Shown here: positions 51,070 through 63,001 of the stretch, piece by piece
Layout: every line of letters begins with the position of its first letter
Position numbering within the stretch: position 1 is the first letter of the stretch
Source of the DNA: a virus
DNA length: 64,000 bases
Direction: 5' to 3' (one strand)
Virus record (IMG/VR): IMGVR_UViG_3300050343_000110
Program-made: the position numbers and the translations under genes
Notes under the pieces: model-generated
The model's database searches: none
What the model was told of the DNA's origin: nothing
What the model saw: only the letters and a program-made list of their open reading frames with translations

Positions 51070-51972
51070 ATGGCAGTTATACCTACAATCAAAAGAACAA
51101 ATAGCGGTGCTTCTGGTTCGCCTATGTTGACGTACCCAGAAACACTAGGAACTATGGATAGGCATAAACACTATGTCATGTTTTATATAAATCAAGCGGC
51201 CAAATCCAAAATTAATTTTGGGGAAGGTTCATATAATACTAGTCCAAACCCCCCTGGCTCTGTCCGTCCACAGGCAACAACGCTATCTATAAAAAGAGCT
51301 CCTACCAAAAGATTATCACAGGCGATTGCATTGTATATGCCTGCAAAACTAGCAGTCGCACATACAGCAAACTACGGCGAACAGGAAATGGGTGCAGTTG
51401 TTGCTGGAATTGCATCTACGATTGAAACTCTAAACAGTGGTATGAGTAACGCTGCCATAGCAAAAGAACTTGGTGCCAAGGTAGTAGAAAAGGGTGGAGC
51501 CCAACTTGAAAACATGGCACTTGTGGCATTAGACTCTACTATTGCTCCTGGCGCAAAGGCGGCACTTGAAATTAGTAGAGGTACAGTTATGAATAATAGA
51601 ACAGAGATGGCATTTGAGGGTATTGGTAGAAGAGAGTTTTCTTTTGAATTTAGACTGTTACCAAACAATGCAAAAGAAGCAGAAACAATAGAAAACATTG
51701 TAACTGCATTTAGATATCATGCCATGCCAGAAGTAGAAGGTAGTGATTTAAGTGGTAGAACAATGATTACACCTTCAACCTTTGATATCGAATATTTTCC
51801 AAACACACACCTTCACAAGATATCCACTTCTGTACTACAAACTGTATCAGTCAGTTATGGTGGAGATCGCCCACAGTTCTTTGACGATGATCACCCTGTA
51901 GAAACTCAACTTACACTAGGGTTTAAGGAATTAGAGATTATTACAAAAGAACGCATCGAGGCAGGATTTTAA
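51070..51972 (+). CDS. 48: Baseplate tail-tube cap gp48
   Basis: IALYMP, F.G...R.F.F.F...P.N..EA, L.F.E.E. Confidence 0.82.
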   Translation: MAVIPTIKRTNSGASGSPMLTYPETLGTMDRHKHYVMFYINQAAKSKINFGEGSYNTSPNPPGSVRPQATTLSIKRAPTKRLSQAIALYMPAKLAVAHTANYGEQEMGAVVAGIASTIETLNSGMSNAAIAKELGAKVVEKGGAQLENMALVALDSTIAPGAKAALEISRGTVMNNRTEMAFEGIGRREFSFEFRLLPNNAKEAETIENIVTAFRYHAMPEVEGSDLSGRTMITPSTFDIEYFPNTHLHKISTSVLQTVSVSYGGDRPQFFDDDHPVETQLTLGFKELEIITKERIEAGF

Positions 51973-51974
51973 TT

Positions 51975-52502
51975 ATGGCTTATTTTTCTTATTTTCCTAA
52001 AGTAGAATATGATGTTCGTGGCACTGGTAATATTACAGTGATGACTAACCTTACTAAAAGGGTTAGACTTAGAGATTATGTCAGATTGAACTCTGTGAAC
52101 TATGATTTTTACGATGTAAAGGCTGGTGAAACCCCAGAATATATTGCAAACGAATTTTATGGTGATCCAGAATTACATTGGGTTATTATTATTACAAATA
52201 ATATTGTAGACTACTATTCACAGTGGCCAATGACAGTTCCAGCATTTGAAGCATTCGTGAAAGAAAAGTATGATGATCCTAATGGTATACATCACTATGA
52301 ATACACACAAACATCAGGAGATACTACAGAAGTTATAGAACTTCCAAACGAATCTGCAACTACAATTCCTGCTGGTGCAGTCACAGTAACCAATTACGTT
52401 TACGAAGAAAGAATTCAAGAGAAAAATAGAAGAATTCGTTTGGTACAACCAAGGTTTATTGATGGCATCAAAAAAGAATTCAAGAACAAAATGAACGGAT
52501 AA
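51975..52502 (+). CDS. 53: Baseplate wedge subunit gp53
   Basis: YF..FP, P..IA..FYGD..LHWVI, WP, HHYE. Confidence 0.88.
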   Translation: MAYFSYFPKVEYDVRGTGNITVMTNLTKRVRLRDYVRLNSVNYDFYDVKAGETPEYIANEFYGDPELHWVIIITNNIVDYYSQWPMTVPAFEAFVKEKYDDPNGIHHYEYTQTSGDTTEVIELPNESATTIPAGAVTVTNYVYEERIQEKNRRIRLVQPRFIDGIKKEFKNKMNG

Positions 52503-52506
52503 TATA

Positions 52507-53940
52507 ATGGCGGATATAAAGTACGCTGGTGAATATATTGTTGAAGAATGTACCCTCTGTACAGTTGGCGGCCTAGAACTTAATCTTTTAGAACAACTTG
52601 CAACTGTATCAATCTTTGAAGATATCTTTTCAAACTCAATCACTGGTAACATCTCATTCGTAGATACAAATAACTTAACTGCCAACGCATCTATTGTTGG
52701 ACAGGAAAAGTTAAAACTTGTTCTTGTAACACCTAATGCAAAAGATAGTTCGGAAAGAACTATGGCCATTAATTTTACAGATACACCACTTCATGTGTAT
52801 AAGGTATCTTCAAGCATAAGTCTCAACGACAGAACCAAAACATTTAGTCTTAGTTTTACCACTATGGAAATGGTGAGAAATAACCGTATTCGTGTATCTC
52901 AGTCGTTTAAGGGTGAACCTGTAAAAGATATAATTAAAAAGGTTGTTCGTAGTGAAGAGTATCTAAACTCTAAGAAAGAATTCTACTATGAAGAAACTAC
53001 AAATAACTTTCAGATAATTGCACCAAACAACAGGCCTTTTGATTTTATCAATAACTTGTCAAAAAGATGTCTATCAAAAGAATATGACTTTTCGGCAGCA
53101 TTCTTGTTTTATGAAACTGTAAAGGGGTATTACTTCAGAACTATCGACAGTATGATGGATAGAAAGAATCCTCGTATGATTTTTCGTGAAGTCACTCCAA
53201 CCGATGATCCAGACAATGTTGCACTAAATCTTACAAACATTCTAGAATATCAAATAATGAATTCTACTGACACAATTTTACAAGCAAGGGCAGGAATGTA
53301 CTCTTCTGACCTTCTTGAAGTTGATATATATAATAAGAAGTATACTCATCACGAGTATGACTACTTAAAGGAATATGATAAGAGCATTCATGCTGACGAA
53401 TTCAATTCATATGGTTCAAAGAGGTCTCCACCTGTTTCAGAGGCAAAAGATGACTTTGGAAATAAAATCAGTGAATACCCCAAAACTACCCTATATGTTC
53501 AAACAACAGAAAGAAACGCCGTGGACGGATTACTTGATCCGGCGTTTGACACTGATGTCGATTACACTGGAACTGACATATGGTTACAGAAAAGACGTTC
53601 AAGGATAGTATCATTAGACACAAATATTACATTACGAATCAAAGTGCCAGGCAATACAACATTGCAGGCTGGAGACTTGATTGGTATAATTCTAAAGAAC
53701 CAAACAGATGCAGCCACGGCACAAGACCCATATCTAACTGGGCGATATCTGATTCGGAATCTTAGACATGAATTTGAAAAGGGCGCTGGTAAATTGACAC
53801 ACACATTACATATAGATTGTGTTCGTGATACAGTTCAAGTACCTTACCCATCTAACGGTGTTACTGCACTAGATGGTGGTAAAGCAACAGAAGAAATTAT
53901 CCCCAGAGGTTCAGCTGACGCTGGCGATATTGTATTTTAA
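52507..53940 (+). CDS. Baseplate hub / tail protein (gp27- or gpD-like)
   Basis: FEDIFS..ITG, F.FYET..GY.F, VPGN..L.AGD, G.YLI..LRH. Confidence 0.65.
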   Translation: MADIKYAGEYIVEECTLCTVGGLELNLLEQLATVSIFEDIFSNSITGNISFVDTNNLTANASIVGQEKLKLVLVTPNAKDSSERTMAINFTDTPLHVYKVSSSISLNDRTKTFSLSFTTMEMVRNNRIRVSQSFKGEPVKDIIKKVVRSEEYLNSKKEFYYEETTNNFQIIAPNNRPFDFINNLSKRCLSKEYDFSAAFLFYETVKGYYFRTIDSMMDRKNPRMIFREVTPTDDPDNVALNLTNILEYQIMNSTDTILQARAGMYSSDLLEVDIYNKKYTHHEYDYLKEYDKSIHADEFNSYGSKRSPPVSEAKDDFGNKISEYPKTTLYVQTTERNAVDGLLDPAFDTDVDYTGTDIWLQKRRSRIVSLDTNITLRIKVPGNTTLQAGDLIGIILKNQTDAATAQDPYLTGRYLIRNLRHEFEKGAGKLTHTLHIDCVRDTVQVPYPSNGVTALDGGKATEEIIPRGSADAGDIVF

Positions 53941-54158
53941 TAGGAGGGCCAAACGACAACTCAAATCTTTGTTATGTGTTATCAACTCAAACATGAAAGA
54001 GGCAATTATGAAAAATAGTGCAAAACTCAAAAACCGAATCAAGAAAATGAACTTCCAAAAGCAAATTAACAGAGGGGTGGTGAATGAGAAAAGAGAGGAT
54101 ACTAAATACTATGAAGAGATATATCGAAAACGAACTATGGAGTTGTTAGGACTAAACA

Positions 54159-54824
54159 ATGAGAACATTTACGGAACTGCAAGAGGGAGTTTATGACCCC
54201 AATATATTCAAAGCAATTTTCCTAGCAGGTGGGCCTGGCAGCGGTAAATCATACGTTGTCAGGCGTACCACTGGTGGACTTGGTATGAAGATTGTCAACA
54301 GTGATGACATATATGAAAAGATGTTGAAGGACGCTGGTATGGATACTACACCAGAAGATATCTACTCTGACAAAGGACAAGAGATTCGTGTTAAGGCCAA
54401 GGGTGTTACAAAGCGTATGCAAGGTAATTTCTTGGACGGTAGACTTGGACTAATCATTGACGGTACAGGTAAAGACTACGACAAGATTTCAAAACAAGTT
54501 TCTGGATTAAAATCTCTTGGATATGAGTGTTACATGATATTTGTAAATACCTCATTAGATACTGCACAGGCACAAAACAAAAAACGTAAACGCACTCTAC
54601 CAGAAACAGAAGTTTCTACTATGTGGAATGAAGTCCAACAGAATATTGGTAAGTTTCAAAGACTATTTGGTGGGTCAAGTTTTATTGTTGTAGACAATAA
54701 CATGGCTGGTGAGGATGTATTTGAAAAGGTATGGAAGCGAATCGCCATGCTGATTCGCAAAAAAGTGTCGAATCCTATCGCAAAAAGGTGGATTTCACAG
54801 GAATTGGCCAAGAAAAAACGATAA
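54159..54824 (+). CDS. P-loop kinase (zeta-toxin/AAA_33-like)
   Basis: FLAGGPGSGKS, VNSD, IIDGTG; leader MRTFTELQE. Confidence 0.8.
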   Translation: MRTFTELQEGVYDPNIFKAIFLAGGPGSGKSYVVRRTTGGLGMKIVNSDDIYEKMLKDAGMDTTPEDIYSDKGQEIRVKAKGVTKRMQGNFLDGRLGLIIDGTGKDYDKISKQVSGLKSLGYECYMIFVNTSLDTAQAQNKKRKRTLPETEVSTMWNEVQQNIGKFQRLFGGSSFIVVDNNMAGEDVFEKVWKRIAMLIRKKVSNPIAKRWISQELAKKKR

Positions 54825-54842
54825 TTAATTTCAAAAAAATGA

Positions 54843-54923
54843 TAAGCCCTTGATTTTTCAGGGGCTTTTTTTATGCTTTTTTTGCATTTAGGCCTTGACA
54901 TTGGTTATTTGTTATGATAGCAT
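54843..54923 (+). promoter_or_regulatory. Terminator/IHF-like site plus early promoter with operator
   Basis: TAAGCCCTTGATT hairpin; TTGACA-17-TAGCAT; TGTTATGATAGCA at 54910. Confidence 0.75.
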
Positions 54924-54957
54924 AGCTAAGTAAGATGAGTTGAAAGAGAGATTTGAT

Positions 54958-55430
54958 ATGACGAAATTTGAGAAAGAAATGTTTACTTGGGATGGTATGT
55001 ATCTCATGTACAAGGGTGACTTTGCTGGTGCCCAGATGATGATGGATGTATGTCCAGATGCCCATCCTAGTTGGGAAGGTAAGTTGAAGCCTGCGTTTGT
55101 CGCTCGGTTCAAGTATCGTAAACCCTACAAGACTTGGATTAACTTTCTATGTAAACACGCTACCGTTGAGGAATACATGGACTTGGCGTGGAAAACTAGT
55201 CCACTAGATGCAATGCGAACACTTGGTTATGAGGGAGCCTAATTATGGATTACATTACACAAATTCAAAAAGAGTATATTTACTTCACTGATATGTTGAA
55301 GTCTATTGAGAAGATTAAAAAGAAAACGCCAGGCAATGGTTTTGCAAAAATGAAATGCAAAGAACGTATTGCAGAACTGGAAAAGATTTTCGATGAGATT
55401 GACTATGCTGCACAGGTAACATACGACTAA
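54958..55430 (+). other. Two small early genes
   Basis: 54958..55242 (FVARFKY motif), 55245..55430. Confidence 0.6.
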
Positions 55431-56083
55431 TGGGAGTATTGATTATGACAAATGGTGATATAATTTCTAGTACTGATGCCTATCAAATGGCAGTTGGTAA
55501 GATGGGCCATGACCTTGCAATGAAGTATGCAAACTATTGGACAAAGAAACAGAAGGCAATCAAAACAGGACGCCTTCAGAACTCTTATGTGGACAGTGGA
55601 CGTAACAAAGTCTACAAGTCTGAGTTTGCGACTGAACGTAAGTTTCCACAAACACAGTTGTCAGAGAAAGAGATTACCAAGTTTTTCAAACGAGTTGTGA
55701 AGTCTAAGACTTATCAAACTCTATCAGAGAAGGGTAGTTCTAATCCCAGACTTGAGTTTATGAAAACTGTAAAGTACAATGCTCGGATTGCTGGACAGGC
55801 GACATATAGTATGGTTCGGTTACAACCTAGTTGTGGAATGACTAAGTGGGTTGTGTTACATGAACTTGCACACACTGCTGGACATATGCACCATGACGTA
55901 CCGTTCCGTCAGGCCCTAGTGAAACTGATATCACGTTTCTTGGGTACTGAGGTTGCGAAAGAATTAAAACGTCAGTTCCGTCAACGTAAGGTAAAAATGA
56001 ATGTTTCTCAGACTATCAAATCGCCTGAGAAATGGTTACAAGATTATAACAAAATGGCCGCACTGCGAGCCAAGAGAGGTTAA
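55430..56083 (+). CDS. SprT-like zinc metalloprotease
   Basis: VVLHELAH...HH..PF. Confidence 0.7.
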   Translation: MGVLIMTNGDIISSTDAYQMAVGKMGHDLAMKYANYWTKKQKAIKTGRLQNSYVDSGRNKVYKSEFATERKFPQTQLSEKEITKFFKRVVKSKTYQTLSEKGSSNPRLEFMKTVKYNARIAGQATYSMVRLQPSCGMTKWVVLHELAHTAGHMHHDVPFRQALVKLISRFLGTEVAKELKRQFRQRKVKMNVSQTIKSPEKWLQDYNKMAALRAKRG

Positions 56084-56593
56084 ATGAATATGACATTATA
56101 TTTGGATATGGATGGAGTGATTGCAGACTTCTTTGGTGGACTTGAAACAAAGTACAATACCAAACATTGGAAACAGATACCAAAACTAGAGAAAAGTATT
56201 ATTGCCCTACAAGGCACTGACTTCTTCAATACTCTAGAGTTGTATCCCTCATCAATGGAGTTGGTGAAGTTCGTACAGAATCTTGTTGGTGATGATTGGG
56301 GTATCTGTTCATCGCCTCTGAGGGGTGATAGAGACAACTCTGCATATTGGAAAAGGGTATGGTTGGAAAGACACTTCATCTTACCCACCATTAATAACCT
56401 CATATTTACTGGCCAGAAAGAAAGGTATGCAGTAAATAGGTTTGATGGTAAACCCAATATTCTGGTGGATGACAAACCAGACAACATTGCTAGATGGAAT
56501 GCAAAGGGTGGTATCGGTATTCGATATCAGGCGAATGAAAGTAGTCTTGTTGAACTCAAAACTAAATTGATAAAAGCCGTAGAAAGCTCTTGA
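56084..56593 (+). CDS. HAD-family 5'(3')-nucleotidase, second copy
   Basis: YLDMDGVIADF, SSP, K..W, ILVDD. Confidence 0.85.
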   Translation: MNMTLYLDMDGVIADFFGGLETKYNTKHWKQIPKLEKSIIALQGTDFFNTLELYPSSMELVKFVQNLVGDDWGICSSPLRGDRDNSAYWKRVWLERHFILPTINNLIFTGQKERYAVNRFDGKPNILVDDKPDNIARWNAKGGIGIRYQANESSLVELKTKLIKAVESS

Positions 56594-56645
56594 CATTTGT
56601 TATGAAAACAGGTATGATCATAGGGTAAGTGAGAGAGGTGATTCG
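56590..56645 (+). promoter_or_regulatory. Early promoter with operator and TGATTCG
   Basis: TTGACA-17-TATGAT; TGTTATGAAAACA at 56598; motif at 56639. Confidence 0.8.
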
Positions 56646-57454
56646 CTATGTTTAATAATGTTGGAAATCCAATTGAGGCCTTTGCAGTTGTGAAGGTTGA
56701 ACCAAATAAAACCCCAGAGGTAGTTTCAGAACACCAGTGCATAGGTAATGCCTGTGAGGAACAGATGGTTCTGAATGAGATGGCAGAGGGTACAGAAGTT
56801 ACCTTTGTTGTCAAAGAGACTCATGGTTGTATGATTGAAACTGTTTAAGGAGAGAGAAATGTTAAATATTATTGGAATGGTTATGATGATTGTCGGTGTG
56901 TTGATGATGGCTGGAAGTGCTGGAGACTGTGACGGCAAATGCATGGAGTATGCAAACACTATGGGTGAGATGGCAACAATGTTGATTTTGGGGTTGACAA
57001 TCGCAGCGATTGGTGGTATTATAGTATATAATGAGAATAAGATATAGGAGAGAGATGTGAGAAAATATATAAAGATTGGCACTAAGTGTGATACTAAGTT
57101 TGGACTGTCTAAAGTGACAGGGATTGAAATGTGTGAGACTGAGGGTGCAAAGGAAGGAATTCCTATGGAAAAGGTTTTCCTATCAGACAAAAACAGATGT
57201 GTCTTTGACTTTGAAAATGGACACTGGCAATATGGATATCAAGTGGAGGCTCAAAATGCTTGAGATTTTAGGTGCGTTGATTATTGTTAATATAGTTTTG
57301 GGTGTATTACTATGACACAAATACAACTATTAGAAAAAAGGATAGATGCAGTTGCAAAGACGCTGCAATATCCACATCTTTCAGACTGGGCTGTTCAGTA
57401 TTGGAACAACGTATTGGATAGTCTGGTTATGAAGTTACCGAAAGATAAACTAAA

Positions 57455-57991
57455 TTGAGATTCAAGCGTCTACAGTCTGGTATGAATATTTTACCGATGA
57501 TGCAAGAAGTCGGAGAGAACTTTGATGACTTCTACAAAGAAACTTATCGGCAAGACAATATTCAGTGTCAAAAAGAAACCATGTCCATTAATCTCGTGAA
57601 GGGGGTTAGATATGATGATGGTACACACTTTGATGATACACACACTACTGTAGAGACAGCTCAGTTTGAGAAGTATGCAAAAGTAAAAGAGTTTCTAAAT
57701 TGGTTTACTAATACCTATGGTGGACGGATGTACAGGGTTGCAATTGTTCATCTTGGTTCAGAAAAGAAGGTATATCCACATATTGACGGTGGAAAATATT
57801 ATGAAGATAAAGACAGATTTCACATGGTGTTGAGTGGTTACTATGACTACACTGTTGAGGATGAAACAGTAAGGTTCAATGCCGGTGATTTGTGGTGGTT
57901 CGATAATCAGAGAATGCACCACGCCGTGAATGCAACACCTATTTCTAGGATATGCATAATTTTTGATGTGAAAGGGAGTAATTTCAAATGA
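57455..57991 (+). CDS. AspH-like 2OG-Fe(II) hydroxylase
   Basis: PHID, RFH..L, G.LWWFDN...H...N...RI..IFD. Confidence 0.8.
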   Translation: MRFKRLQSGMNILPMMQEVGENFDDFYKETYRQDNIQCQKETMSINLVKGVRYDDGTHFDDTHTTVETAQFEKYAKVKEFLNWFTNTYGGRMYRVAIVHLGSEKKVYPHIDGGKYYEDKDRFHMVLSGYYDYTVEDETVRFNAGDLWWFDNQRMHHAVNATPISRICIIFDVKGSNFK

Positions 57992-58646
57992 GTAATCAAC
58001 GGGCTGGTAAATTCAAACCAGCAACACTACGAGAAGGTGGTGGTATGCAACAGGTGAACTTTTTCAAGTATGCAAAAGAAGTACTTGAATCAGAAGGACA
58101 CGATGATGCTGCATTCTACTTTGAACAAATGGAAACATGGTTGCGTGATGGTAAGGGATTACCACAAGATGCACGTTCAATTGCAAATGCACTAGGAGTT
58201 TAGAATGGCGTTTCAAGTACACAAACAACACAAGTTGGGAGACCAACTAGAAGCACAGGCATACGATTGGGCGATTACAGATGTTCAAGAGTATTATGGT
58301 GTTGAAGAAATAGAAGAATTGACGCCCAAGAACAGGTTGATGAAATCTTTGCATATTCTGAATCAGAGCAGTGTTACGAAAGTTATGTTGGTATGGCTCT
58401 TAGGACAATATGTGATCAATGGGAAATGGAACAAGAAGGAGAATAGTTATGGTTGCAAAAGATGGCCCACTAAAGTCGGCATTCGATGGTTTAGAATCTA
58501 AAGGTGTAGTCAGTCATGCTTTGATAACATATCGGTATGTAGATGGTGTTATGAGAAAAGAAACTGTTACTCGCAAATATCAGATGAACGGTGATTATAT
58601 TGATTCATCTACAACAGAACCTTTTGGACAAGCAAGTTCTGTATAG

Positions 58647-59455
58647 ATGATTATGAAACCTGTGGACTATCGTGTGGCCACCCTGTTTGTACAGGAACGT
58701 CACTATAGTCCTGTCATGCCCAAACTAACTAAACACTATCTAGGAGCCTATCAGGACGATGAACTGGTAGGTATTCTGACGTTGGGTTGGGGTACAAATC
58801 CTATGGGTACAATCAAGAAGATGTTCCCAGAACTAACCACAGCAGATTACTTTGAGATAGGTAAGATGTGCATGGATGAGTCTATGCCACGCAACTCTGA
58901 ATCACAGATGCAGAGTGCTACTATATCGCATGGATGAAACAGAACACACCAAACGTCAAGTTTCTGTATACATGGGCAGACGGTATTGTGGGTAAGCCAG
59001 GATATGTATATCAGGCTGCAAACTTCTTATATGGTGGATTTATATGGAGTGACGTATATGTTACAGAAAGTGGCGAAAAGGTACACTTTCGTACAATCCA
59101 GCGTAAGATGAAGAAAGAGATGAACAGACACGACTTGAAATATGGCCCACGACCTAATGATGCAAAGATGGGTGAGTTGGGATTTAGTCGTGTATGGGGT
59201 AAGCAGTTTAGGTATATTTTCCCTCTAAACAAGAAATCTAGAAAGTTATTAAAGCATTCTAACATGGAATGGACACTGGATTATCCAAAGGGTAAAGACT
59301 TAGAATGGAAGATTAAGCGGCCTGGAGAGGTGGCTTATACGTTGACCAGCACCATGCCATATGAGCATAGGGGTGATAGTGTACAACACAATTCGGGCAA
59401 CGTGAACAAGGTTGCTGACAAGTTTGGAACAGCAACGCTTGATAATTTCTTCTAA
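58647..59455 (+). CDS. Mom-like adenine modification enzyme, GNAT fold (frameshift near 58925)
   Basis: HYS, LVG....G, E..KMC....PRNSES, TWAD...G.PGYVYQAANF.Y.G. Confidence 0.75.
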
Positions 59456-59894
59456 ATAATGTTGACAAAACGGTAATTAATTGGTATTATATGCTATGAG
59501 TTATGATATAGACGAAATCACAAGAGAAGATGTTGCACTGATTATCGGTGTGATGTTGTTCTCATTTTTTATGGGGCTGATTATTGGTAAAGATTCATTA
59601 GGGATTACTCTCTTGATTGGCATGACAGCATATATTTTAATTTATGTGGGTAGGATATTGAGGATACTATGATGAGATATGATGACTACATGAGAACTAG
59701 AAGTAAAAGTGAGATGCTCAAAGATGAGGTTGATAAAACTATGTCTTTGATATGGAAACTGGTAGATGAACCAGACTATGAATCACATTACGCTGCACAT
59801 AGTGAAACAGGTGTAGTGTATGACAAGAGAATATTGGGTGATAAGATTGCAAGAATCAACCATGAGATTGAAGAACTTGAAGATAGAATAGAGA

Positions 59895-60536
59895 ATGACA
59901 AACAATAATATTATTAGTGATGAACGATATGGTAAACTATGGAATCAAACTCGTGACTTCATAGACGAACACTGCATAATCAGAGCAGAGCCAGGAACTT
60001 ACATGGATGGTAAGTTAGAAGGTTCTAGATATACATGGGTGTTCTATTTACGAAACGGATTGTATCGTACAGACTTTCTGAGTGCAATCACACAGATGTG
60101 GATGAAAAAAGTACATGATGAGATAGGACATTTTGACTTTCAGTTGAGTGGACTAGAAACCGCCGCAACACCAATGATTGTAGGTATGCCTATCTATGCA
60201 CAAGTATTCGGTGTAAATCTCAACGGTTTTTCTATTCGTAAAGAACAAAAGACATATGCGATGAAGAACTGGATTGAGGGCGGTACGACAGAACAGCCAG
60301 TGATGTTATTGGATGACTTATCCAACTCTGGTAATTCATTGAGAAAAGCATACGACATTCTAGAATGGCATCATATGAACACATTTGAGTGTGCGTTTAC
60401 AATCGTCAACAAAGTCAATGAAGGTGTACATGATGACAACATGACCACAGACTTCTTGTTACCAGAACATATCAAAATCATGTCTCTGTTCACACTAGAC
60501 GATTTTAATTTAGTAGGTAATGTGGAGTTGCACTAA
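59895..60536 (+). CDS. Type I phosphoribosyltransferase (OPRT-like)
   Basis: GLETAATP, IRKEQK.Y...NWIEG, MLLDDLSNSGNS. Confidence 0.75.
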   Translation: MTNNNIISDERYGKLWNQTRDFIDEHCIIRAEPGTYMDGKLEGSRYTWVFYLRNGLYRTDFLSAITQMWMKKVHDEIGHFDFQLSGLETAATPMIVGMPIYAQVFGVNLNGFSIRKEQKTYAMKNWIEGGTTEQPVMLLDDLSNSGNSLRKAYDILEWHHMNTFECAFTIVNKVNEGVHDDNMTTDFLLPEHIKIMSLFTLDDFNLVGNVELH

Positions 60537-60904
60537 TGGTGACGAATGAACGCAAGATTATTCTGATTACGGATATTATCGATCAGAAGGTTCGTAAGGA
60601 AAAAGAGATAGACTTCTATGAGAGGGAACTCAAGAAGATAGAGGAGAAATTATTCTTTCTAAGGAAAGAACGACAACTGACTCAATTTATTATTGACATC
60701 ATCGAAACAGAGAAGGTTGTTGATATCAGGGAGCAGATGTATGAGCGCTTGGAAATTTCAACAGGAATCAATACTGAAGGTGATAACTAAAGACGGGCCC
60801 ATCTGGAGAGAGATGATGAAACCCCCAGTTAAGTTTGTAAAACATAAGGATTATGGGGTAAGGAAACTTGCAGAAAGATTAGGAAAGAAAAGTAGGAGAG
60901 TGCG

Positions 60905-61069
60905 ATGAAGTGTTATGTGTGTGATGAGGAACTTATTTGGGGTGGTGATCACGATATAGAGGAAGATGAATTTTTCCATGAGGATAATCATACCATACAC
61001 ACAAACCTATCATGCAACAAGTGTGGAGCTTATGTAGAGGTGTATCATGGAAACAAACAAACAGATTAA
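60905..61069 (+). CDS. Small Zn-finger protein
   Basis: MKCYVC..ELIWGGDHD...NLSCNKCGA. Confidence 0.65.
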   Translation: MKCYVCDEELIWGGDHDIEEDEFFHEDNHTIHTNLSCNKCGAYVEVYHGNKQTD

Positions 61070-61698
61070 GTACGGTGTATATGTAGAAATAGACACAAAC
61101 GAATGGATGTGGGATTCTGGTACACATCAGATTTCCCCAGCCCAACCACCACTATTGTTTGACACAGAAGAAGAAGCACAAACGTATAGTAACAAGAAAT
61201 GGAAAACAGGACGGGCGTTAGAATACCCAGAACATCTTAAACAATATTGGAGAGAGTACGAACAGGAACGTGCAAAGAAGATTGCACAGAACGTACCACC
61301 AGAACTATGATATCAAAAATGTTGGTATGTCTGTTAGTATCATACAACATAGAAATATCAGAGACAGGAGTAAAGGATAGGGTATGTGTATACAAGTGTC
61401 AAAAAGGACTGAAAGAAACCGTATTCACACATCCTGTATATCAATGCCCCAGAAGGATGTATATAGATGACCCTGATAAGAAGGATTAATTTTGCACCAG
61501 TGGTACAACAGATGATACCACACCCAGCAGAAACAAAAGAAATAATAGTGAAAAAGGATACAGTAAGGAAAGTAAAAGCTATTGACAAAACCAGTACTTA
61601 TGTGTATAATAAGAATAATCGCAAGTCTCAGTGAGGTTTGTGATTTCAACCAAGGGTATCAGTAGATATCCTGTAACTCAACTAGTAAGGAAAGAAAA

Positions 61699-62752
61699 AT
61701 GAGTAACAAATTACATATTGACTTAGAACGGAGTTTGCAAGAAGCTCCACCAGAAATATATTACAATCAGTTAGGAGATGACGGAAATCCCCTATTCCCT
61801 GGCACCCATTTTGAGAAGCGTATTATTACTAAGCGTGATAACGTATCTTATAAGAGGTTCTGAGCAAATCAGAGAAGAGGACGCCGGAGAAGACCGAGTT
61901 ATGAAGCTGTTACCGAGCTTTCGCAATAGAGGTATCATCTATAGTAAGATGCCGCCTGCGATTAAAGTCGACCCAGAAGATAAGAAGCGTTTTAGTGGTT
62001 GCTCTGGATTTGGAAGAAATGAAACATTTGAAGTCCTAAATTATGAGACATACTTTTATGATGTATTACGCTTCGATAACAAACTCGCAGAAGAAGTCTT
62101 TAAGATTAACTCTAATGAGACAGATGAGTTTGTGCCTGCTACACCTAATACAAAGAATACCTATATTAAGAGTGTAGTCAACGCCGTGCATGATAATGTC
62201 ATTAAGAACAACGATAATGCTATTAAGAAATATCTGAAACTGGTTTGTCGTAACCGTCCAGATTGGCATACATCAATCCTAAACACTGTTCGTAAGGAAC
62301 ACATCTCACGTTTTGAAACAATGCAAGCATGGAATACATCATCTGCAAAGAAGTTTGCAGAGGAACATGACTTACCCTATGAAGGGGATTGTAATAACAA
62401 CGTAGATAGCCTTGGATATGTACGAAAGATTACATCAATCAAGAACGTATTTTGGGATGCAATGAATGTATCATTAAAGTACAGTATGAAGAAGGTAAAG
62501 GTTTGGAGTTGGATTGATAGTCCGAAACCATCTACACTTGATGACCAAAGAAAAGATGTAAGAAAGAAGTTTACAGACTTAGAAGCGAAGTTCCAACTGT
62601 GGATTGCTGATTACCTTGATATGGATATCCAAGAAGTAAGAGAGAGGGGAGAAGGTAGATTCCCTATTGAATTCTCTGGTTTCTTACCACAGCGTACTGA
62701 AAAGACTGCTGAAAACAACGGTAATCCTAAAGAAGAAGGTATTATCCAGTAA
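61699..62752 (+). CDS. Hypothetical protein, ParB/Srx-like N-terminal region (5' indels)
   Basis: SF..RG.....PP....SGFGR; own promoter TTGACA-17-TATAAT near 61582. Confidence 0.45.
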
Positions 62753-62764
62753 TAAACACTATAG

Positions 62765-62796
62765 AATCATGGGTAGCGGAAGTGTTACCCATGATT
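62765..62796. terminator. Hairpin, probably bidirectional terminator
   Basis: AATCATGGGTA / TACCCATGATT. Confidence 0.6.
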
Positions 62797-62893
62797 TCCC
62801 ACCAGAACCCATATTTCCCCATATATTTAAAAAAGGCTTGGAATAATATGATTCTCTTGTCATTAAAGGTTGTTATTGACCGACTGACCAGAA

Positions 62894-62922
62894 ATTATAC
62901 CACACTTTTTCATATTTGTCAA
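62894..62922 (-). promoter_or_regulatory. Consensus sigma70 promoter on the minus strand
   Basis: TTGACA-17-TATAAT with extended -10 TG. Confidence 0.75.
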
Positions 62923-63001
62923 TAGCCGAATCGGGCCGAATCACTAATTATTTTCATCTTTTTTGTCAAGAGTTTTCTGAAATTTCTCTGAGAACCCTCT
63001 G

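Noticed and set aside
54159-54824. Zeta toxin-antitoxin system
   Set aside because: Only a generic P-loop kinase; no recognisable epsilon antitoxin; the leader suggests a virion protein
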